Notes under the pieces: model-generated | Seen by the model: only the letters and a program-made list of their open reading frames with translations | Database searches by the model: none | What the model was told of the DNA's origin: nothing | Program-made: the position numbers and the translations under genes | Assembly (NCBI RefSeq): GCF_009914755.1 | Contig: NC_060927.1 | Length of the DNA: 64,000 nt | Reading direction: 5' to 3' (one strand) | Source of the DNA: the human T2T-CHM13v2.0 reference genome, Homo sapiens | In this document: in pieces, positions 53,101 through 64,000 of the stretch | Layout of the letters: the number at the start of each line of letters is the position of its first letter | Numbering within the stretch: the stretch's first letter is position 1

Positions 53101-53198
53101 GGTAGGAAGGCAGGCAAGGTACCCAGGGCCAGGGTCATGGCCAGCATGATGGCCTGCACCAGGAGAGACAGCGGGTGCAGGGCGCTGCGGCAGAAACC
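50103..53198 (-). CDS. TLR9: Toll-like receptor 9, exon 2 (codons 2-1032: signal peptide, LRR ectodomain with Z-loop, TM helix, TIR domain)
   Basis: Acceptor ccacag|GGT TTC TGC at 53198. 3096 nt + ATG = 1032 aa. LRR consensus repeats, TIR box YDAFVVFD...CLEERDWLPG, ends FCQGPTAE*. Confidence 0.99.
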   Translation of the reverse strand, partial: GFCRSALHPLSLLVQAIMLAMTLALGTLPAFLPCELQPHGLVNCNWLFLKSVPHFSMAAPRGNVTSLSLSSNRIHHLHDSDFAHLPSLRHLNLKWNCPPVGLSPMHFPCHMTIEPSTFLAVPTLEELNLSYNNIMTVPALPKSLISLSLSHTNILMLDSASLAGLHALRFLFMDGNCYYKNPCRQALEVAPGALLGLGNLTHLSLKYNNLTVVPRNLPSSLEYLLLSYNRIVKLAPEDLANLTALRVLDVGGNCRRCDHAPNPCMECPRHFPQLHPDTFSHLSRLEGLVLKDSSLSWLNASWFRGLGNLRVLDLSENFLYKCITKTKAFQGLTQLRKLNLSFNYQKRVSFAHLSLAPSFGSLVALKELDMHGIFFRSLDETTLRPLARLPMLQTLRLQMNFINQAQLGIFRAFPGLRYVDLSDNRISGASELTATMGEADGGEKVWLQPGDLAPAPVDTPSSEDFRPNCSTLNFTLDLSRNNLVTVQPEMFAQLSHLQCLRLSHNCISQAVNGSQFLPLTGLQVLDLSHNKLDLYHEHSFTELPRLEALDLSYNSQPFGMQGVGHNFSFVAHLRTLRHLSLAHNNIHSQVSQQLCSTSLRALDFSGNALGHMWAEGDLYLHFFQGLSGLIWLDLSQNRLHTLLPQTLRNLPKSLQVLRLRDNYLAFFKWWSLHFLPKLEVLDLAGNQLKALTNGSLPAGTRLRRLDVSCNSISFVAPGFFSKAKELRELNLSANALKTVDHSWFGPLASALQILDVSANPLHCACGAAFMDFLLEVQAAVPGLPSRVKCGSPGQLQGLSIFAQDLRLCLDEALSWDCFALSLLAVALGLGVPMLHHLCGWDLWYCFHLCLAWLPWRGRQSGRDEDALPYDAFVVFDKTQSAVADWVYNELRGQLEECRGRWALRLCLEERDWLPGKTLFENLWASVYGSRKTLFVLAHTDRVSGLLRASFLLAQQRLLEDRKDVVVLVILSPDGRRSRYVRLRQRLCRQSVLLWPHQPSGQRSFWAQLGMALTRDNHHFYNRNFCQGPTAE

Positions 53199-53948
53199 CT
53201 GTGGGGGTGGGAGGGCTGTGTGAGTGGCCGGCCCCCAGCTCTACCTCCACCCACTCCACTTCATGGGCATCTTCTAGCATCTTCCAACCCCTCTCTCCAA
53301 GCCCTACCTGCAGAAGTTCTTCCTGGCTGCCAAGCCCCATTCCCATCCCCCATGGCTTGTGGGGAACCTGAACTCAGTCTCAGACCCAGTCTTGGACTCA
53401 GAATTAGGCTTCAGAACCAGGACTGAGACCTAGAATCCAGACTTATGATCTACAGCTTTCACTTAACCAATCCCTGGCTATACCAGGCCAGGCAAGGTGG
53501 CCCACGGCCCCCCCTGGTCTCTCCCCGACTTTCCCTTCCTGCTCCTGAGCAAGGTGGCAGCTGGCTCCCTCCCCTCCAGCTGCCCTGAAATCCGCTCTCT
53601 GCCCTCCACCAGCCACCCCACAACCCCTTCCTTTTCCTTCGGCCAAGATTCAGGCAGGTGTGAGAGTCTCCCACTATGGCCCAGGCCGGCTGCCTCCCAG
53701 GGACCCTGGCCAGAGGGCACTGCACAGCTCCATCACTCTCTGCCTGCCTCACCTAGCCCGAGAGCCTTTGCCTTATGGGTCAGAACAGATGGAGAGAGGG
53801 GTGGCCTGCAAAGTGCCAGACAGAGCCAGCCCCAAGCTACAGGCCCAGTGAGACCCAAACCCAGGCTCCAGCCCCAGCTCCATCAGTGCCTCAGTCTCCT
53901 CGTCCCCTCTGGGGGTTTGGGTCTCATTGCTCAGAAGAGGGCTTCAGT

Positions 53949-54252
<304 letters not shown>

Positions 54253-54412
54253 AAGAGGGCTTCGGCTCTGAAGTCTTCAGGATTCAGTGAGTGTCCCCAG
54301 GGCCATGTGGGTGACAACCCGTCACTGTTGCTTGCAGCTGCCAAGCCCACTTCTTTCCCCACCCCTTCCCAGGATATCCCCTTCCCCAGGGGACTGAGAG
54401 CTGTTGTCCTAC

Positions 54413-54415
54413 CAT
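54413..54415 (-). CDS. TLR9: TLR9 exon 1 coding part (initiator ATG only)
   Basis: cccccagcATG|gtagga on -, phase 0 into exon 2. Confidence 0.95.
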
Positions 54416-54519
54416 GCTGGGGGGCAGGGGCTTCTCCAGAGGGTCTGGCGGGCAGACTGGACAGCAGCTACAGGGAAGGATGCTTCACACTCGAGGTCCC
54501 TTCCCACAGGGGCAGCAGC

Positions 54520-55110
54520 GGCTCAGAGAATAGAGGAAGTAAGATTTTTATACCAGCCTAGTAGCTCCCCCTCCACTCCACCCTGCCCCCAGTGAGGAGG
54601 ACAGGGTCCCATGAGTCAAAGGCCATTTGCATAGTCAAATGGCAGACAGCTCCTTCACCCCTTCCTCTTTCCACTCCCCTCTCAGACAGCCTACATCCCA
54701 TGAGGGCCTCACACCTGTCCTCTACCAAGCCCAGGGAGGAGCTAAGGCCCAGAGCTCAGGCAGAGAGCAGGGAGAGATGGGAATTCTGGATAGCACCAGT
54801 AGCGGGTACACCTTGCTGGGCACTCCCCATTCTAAGAGGACACTTCCACCCTCAGGTCTTGGCTCCTGCACCACAGCTGGTGCCCTCAGGACAGCGGCTG
54901 CCGACTTGTCCTTTTCTGCCCTTGTAGGCACCATCTCCAGAGTTCTGCAGGGCCTCATGCGTGGAGGGCCAGGGTGTAGCTTGAGCAGGAGGCTAGGCTG
55001 CACCTGCCTTCACCACAGCCTTGCAACATCTTCCGGAAACAAGACCTCCTCCTCCACATTCCCAGAGCCCCTGGGGCCCCATCAGAGCACACACCACGTC
55101 ACTCCAGATG
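54520..55110 (-). promoter_or_regulatory. TLR9: TLR9 promoter/5' region: TATAAAAA (54552-54545), ETS/PU.1 gaggaagt (~54533-54540), AP-1 TGAGTCA (54612-54618), ETS ttccggaa (55031-55038), CRE-like TGACGTG (~55095-55101)
   Basis: Motifs read directly. Consistent with known ETS/PU.1 and CRE control of TLR9. Confidence 0.7.
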
Positions 55111-55429
55111 GGGCTCCTAGAGGCCAGGTGTGTGCTGGCCCAGCAGGGCCGCCAGCCAGTCCTCCCCATCAGTTCTTCCCACTCTCCTTCTGATCTAGGT
55201 GAGGAGACTCAGATTCCTCGGGCCCAAAGCCTTGGGTGACCCCGGGCCCCTCAGCAAGTTCTGCTGGGTCCACCATGCTGAAGGGTGTGCCCACAGCCCA
55301 CCGTCCCCATGTCCACCAGCCCCCATCCTCTCTCCTAGACCCATGCAGGTGCCACCTCCCTTCTGGCTGTCCTGCCCTGCTCTCTGCCCTCCAGGGGCTG
55401 GTCACATTCAGCCCCTAGAGGGAACTGTT

Positions 55430-56060
55430 CAAACCTAAGTCACACTAGGTCCCTCCTCTGCTCAGACCCCTCCCTGGCTGACTCTGGAGTCAAAGCCACA
55501 GTCCACAGATGGCCAACAAGGCCCTATGGGACCTGCCACCCGCTGTTCCCCTGAGTGCTCTCCAGGCCCACTGGCCTGCTTGCAGTTGACTGTGTAGCCC
55601 CTGGGCATTCTCCTGCCTCAGGGCCTTGGGATGTGCTGTTCCCTCTGCCTGAAAACTCCCCCAAGTCTCATATGACCCCTCCTTTGCCTCCATTATGTCT
55701 CTGCTCCCATGTCACCCTCTCAACAGGGCCATCCAGCCTTCTTACAAACCTCCCACCCCAGATCTGGCACTCCTGAGCTCCTTTGCCTGGTCTATGTTTC
55801 TCTTTGTCCTAACATTTTTTAACTGCTAGCACACCGGATCATTGATCTTTCATGGTTTATTGTATATCGTCTTATTCCCCTGCTGGAATGTCAGCTTCTT
55901 AAGGGCAGTGATCTTTTATCTGCATCCCCAGGATCCAGTACAGTGCCCAGCACATAGTAAGTGCTTGATATCTGCTGAATTATGTACACCCAGCAGTCAG
56001 CTCTGGGCAGGCACAGAGAGGGTATTTCTGAGTGAAGGCTGAATGAATGAATTAATGAAT
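55430..56060 (+). mobile_element. L2 3' fragment upstream of TLR9
   Basis: ctgcctcagggccttgg...gctgttccctctgcctg and the tail acagtgcccagcacatagtaagtgcttgat...tgaatgaatgaa. Confidence 0.7.
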
Positions 56061-56747
56061 TGTTGCTGCTGGGAGGAGGCAAGGCTGCACATCTGCCAGC
56101 CTGCTCCCCCCAGGCCCACTCTGGGTGGTATCATGGCAGGCAGGCTCCATAGTGCCAGGCATCTGGCTGGCTCAGCAGCAGGGGGCGATGGCATCGTCTT
56201 CCTGCCCACCTGGGAGCCAATGTTTCGGCTGGGCAAGGACAAGCCTCCTCTGGGTCTTAGCTAGTCTGGCTCTCCTCTCTACAATTCTAGGGGCTTGAGC
56301 AGGGGCTCAGAAAGGCGCCAGGGATAGAATGTTGCCCTGAGCCAGGAAGGAGAGCAGTGCCCACTCAGTAGCTGGGCTGCAGGCATCAACCCCATGCTTC
56401 CACTCCTGCCTGCCTGGGGTGGAAGGCACCTGCATTCATTCCCTCCATCCACCTCTCAGAGGGATACACCAAAGCTCGGGCTCCTGTGGAGCCCCAAGCC
56501 TGAGACTTTCCCAGAGTCCCTTGGACCAGGGACCCAGACCCCCATACCCAGCAGTGGCCCTGCCTTCTTTGGAGGCAGAAAACCAGAGAGGCCAGTAAGC
56601 TGACAGAGGGGTCTGCACACACAGGTACAGACCCACGCACATGGACACACTCAGCTTGGAGACACCGATATCGATGTCCACAGAAAAACTTGTCCTGGCC
56701 TCAGCCCAGGGAGGCTGGGAAGCCTTCGAGGAGGAGCCCTTATCCCA

Positions 56748-57248
56748 TGTGGGAGGCTGCATAAAGTCCCTCTCAGAGATCCTTGTCCTAATTCCCCAAA
56801 CCTGCAAACACGTGACCCCAACACCCCACAGTGTGGCAAAAACGACTTCGCAGATGTGATTAAGTTACCCATCTTGACAGGGGTAGGTGGTGGGGGCAGG
56901 GAGGGTGAATGCAATTACAATGTCCCTTATGAAATGGAGACAGAGGGAGATTCGACTACAAAAGGCCATGGGAGCCCAGAGGCTGAGGAAAGCAGAATCA
57001 GAGATGTCACCTCTGGCTTTGAAGGTGGAGGAAGGGGCCCCAAGCCAAGGAATACAGCCAGAAAAGGCCAGGAGATGGGTTCTTCTGAGGGGCCCAGACA
57101 CAGCCAGCCCTGCCAACACCTCAACTTTGGCCCTGTGAGACCCATCTCAGTCTTCCAGCCTCCAGAACTGTAAGAGAATACATTTGAGTTTCTTCGAAGC
57201 CACTAAGTTGGTGGTAATTTGTTACGGCAGCCTCAGCAAATGACCATA
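56748..57248 (+). mobile_element. MaLR solo LTR (MLT1C/D-like) between the TWF2 3' end and TLR9
   Basis: gcagatgtgattaagtta...ctggctttgaaggtggaggaagggg...ccagcctccagaactgtaagagaatacattt...aagccactaagtt...ggtaatttgttacggcagc. Confidence 0.8.
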
Positions 57249-57512
57249 TGCAGATCCCTCATGTCACAGTGGAGGCGCGCCTGCCTCTCCAGCAGGGCTC
57301 CTGTTGACTGGGAGACCCGCGTGAGGCTGCACGCCCACTCACAGGCACAGCCTCTCCCACACACCTGGAGGTGGAGTGCTGGGGCTCCACCTCGCAGGCC
57401 GGCACTCCCCTCTCCCCTGTTGGGAAAGGACAGTTATATGCACAAGACTGCCCAATTCCCAGGGCCAGAGGCGGTCTCTCAGGGCCAAGCACAAGTCTTG
57501 ATTTAAAAATAT

Positions 57513-57518
57513 TTTATT
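57513..57518 (-). terminator. TWF2: TWF2 polyadenylation signal AATAAA
   Basis: tttatt on +, ~400 nt past the TWF2 stop. Confidence 0.8.
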
Positions 57519-57919
57519 CTTTAGAAAATACAGCATTCAACCATCCCAAACTGCAGTGACCCCTGCCCCAGCCCTGACTGACCCCACTTCTTGTGGCCAA
57601 AGGTTTCTGGGCTGTGCTGGGACCCTAGTCTCAGCTCCCCGGGAGGCCAGGTTCATGCCAGGCCCCTGACCCAGCCCCCTTAAGCCAGCCAGGCAGGGTC
57701 CCCGGACACCCTGGGCACACAGACGAGATGCAGGGACAGCAACAGGGAAGGGTCACAAAATGCCAGCCCGGTGGCCCTCGGACGCTGCAAGTGCGTTCAG
57801 CTGCCAGCCCTCCTGACCTCCCAGAAACACTTTCCTGGAGCCCAGGAAGGAGGATGGTGGCAGGGAGCGGAAGGTGGGCAGCCCCACAGTCCACACGTGG
57901 CCGGCCCTGCTCCAGCCTC

Positions 57920-63992
<6,073 letters not shown>

Positions 63993-64000
63993 CTATAAGA

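Noticed and set aside
50103-53159. ORF-track start of TLR9 at 'MQAIML' (1018 aa)
   Set aside because: That start is a GTG (Val15). The true CDS starts at the ATG in exon 1 and enters exon 2 at 53198.

Overview
Human genomic DNA, not microbial. The gene order ALAS1-TLR9-TWF2 is recognisable as chr3p21.2. From left to right: (1) about 22 kb of repeat-rich intergenic DNA upstream of ALAS1, with nuclear-receptor DR4 motifs at about -21 kb and -16 kb; (2) a full-length processed aldolase A pseudogene with 14-bp target-site duplications, interrupted by an Alu and by a locally copied ~120-bp patch; (3) the complete ALAS1 gene on + (CpG-island/TATA/NRF-1 promoter, non-coding exons 1A and 1B, 10 coding exons summing to 1923 nt = 640 aa); (4) the complete TLR9 gene on - (ATG-only first coding exon plus a 3096-nt exon = 1032 aa); (5) TWF2 exons 2-9 on - (exon 1 lies beyond the window). 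I found no wholly new gene system. The most interesting signals are N-terminal isoform switches: an 11-nt alternative acceptor that turns an ALAS1 uORF into a 17-aa N-terminal extension; an in-frame TLR9 intron-1 leader broken by one TAG at the position of the common SNP +1174 (rs352139, from memory); and phase-compatible TWF2-to-TLR9 read-through splicing. Local rearrangement scars are also visible: a templated insertion, a double palindrome, a duplicated enhancer-flank module and a twin-primed L1. Repeat subfamily names are by eye and their boundaries are approximate.
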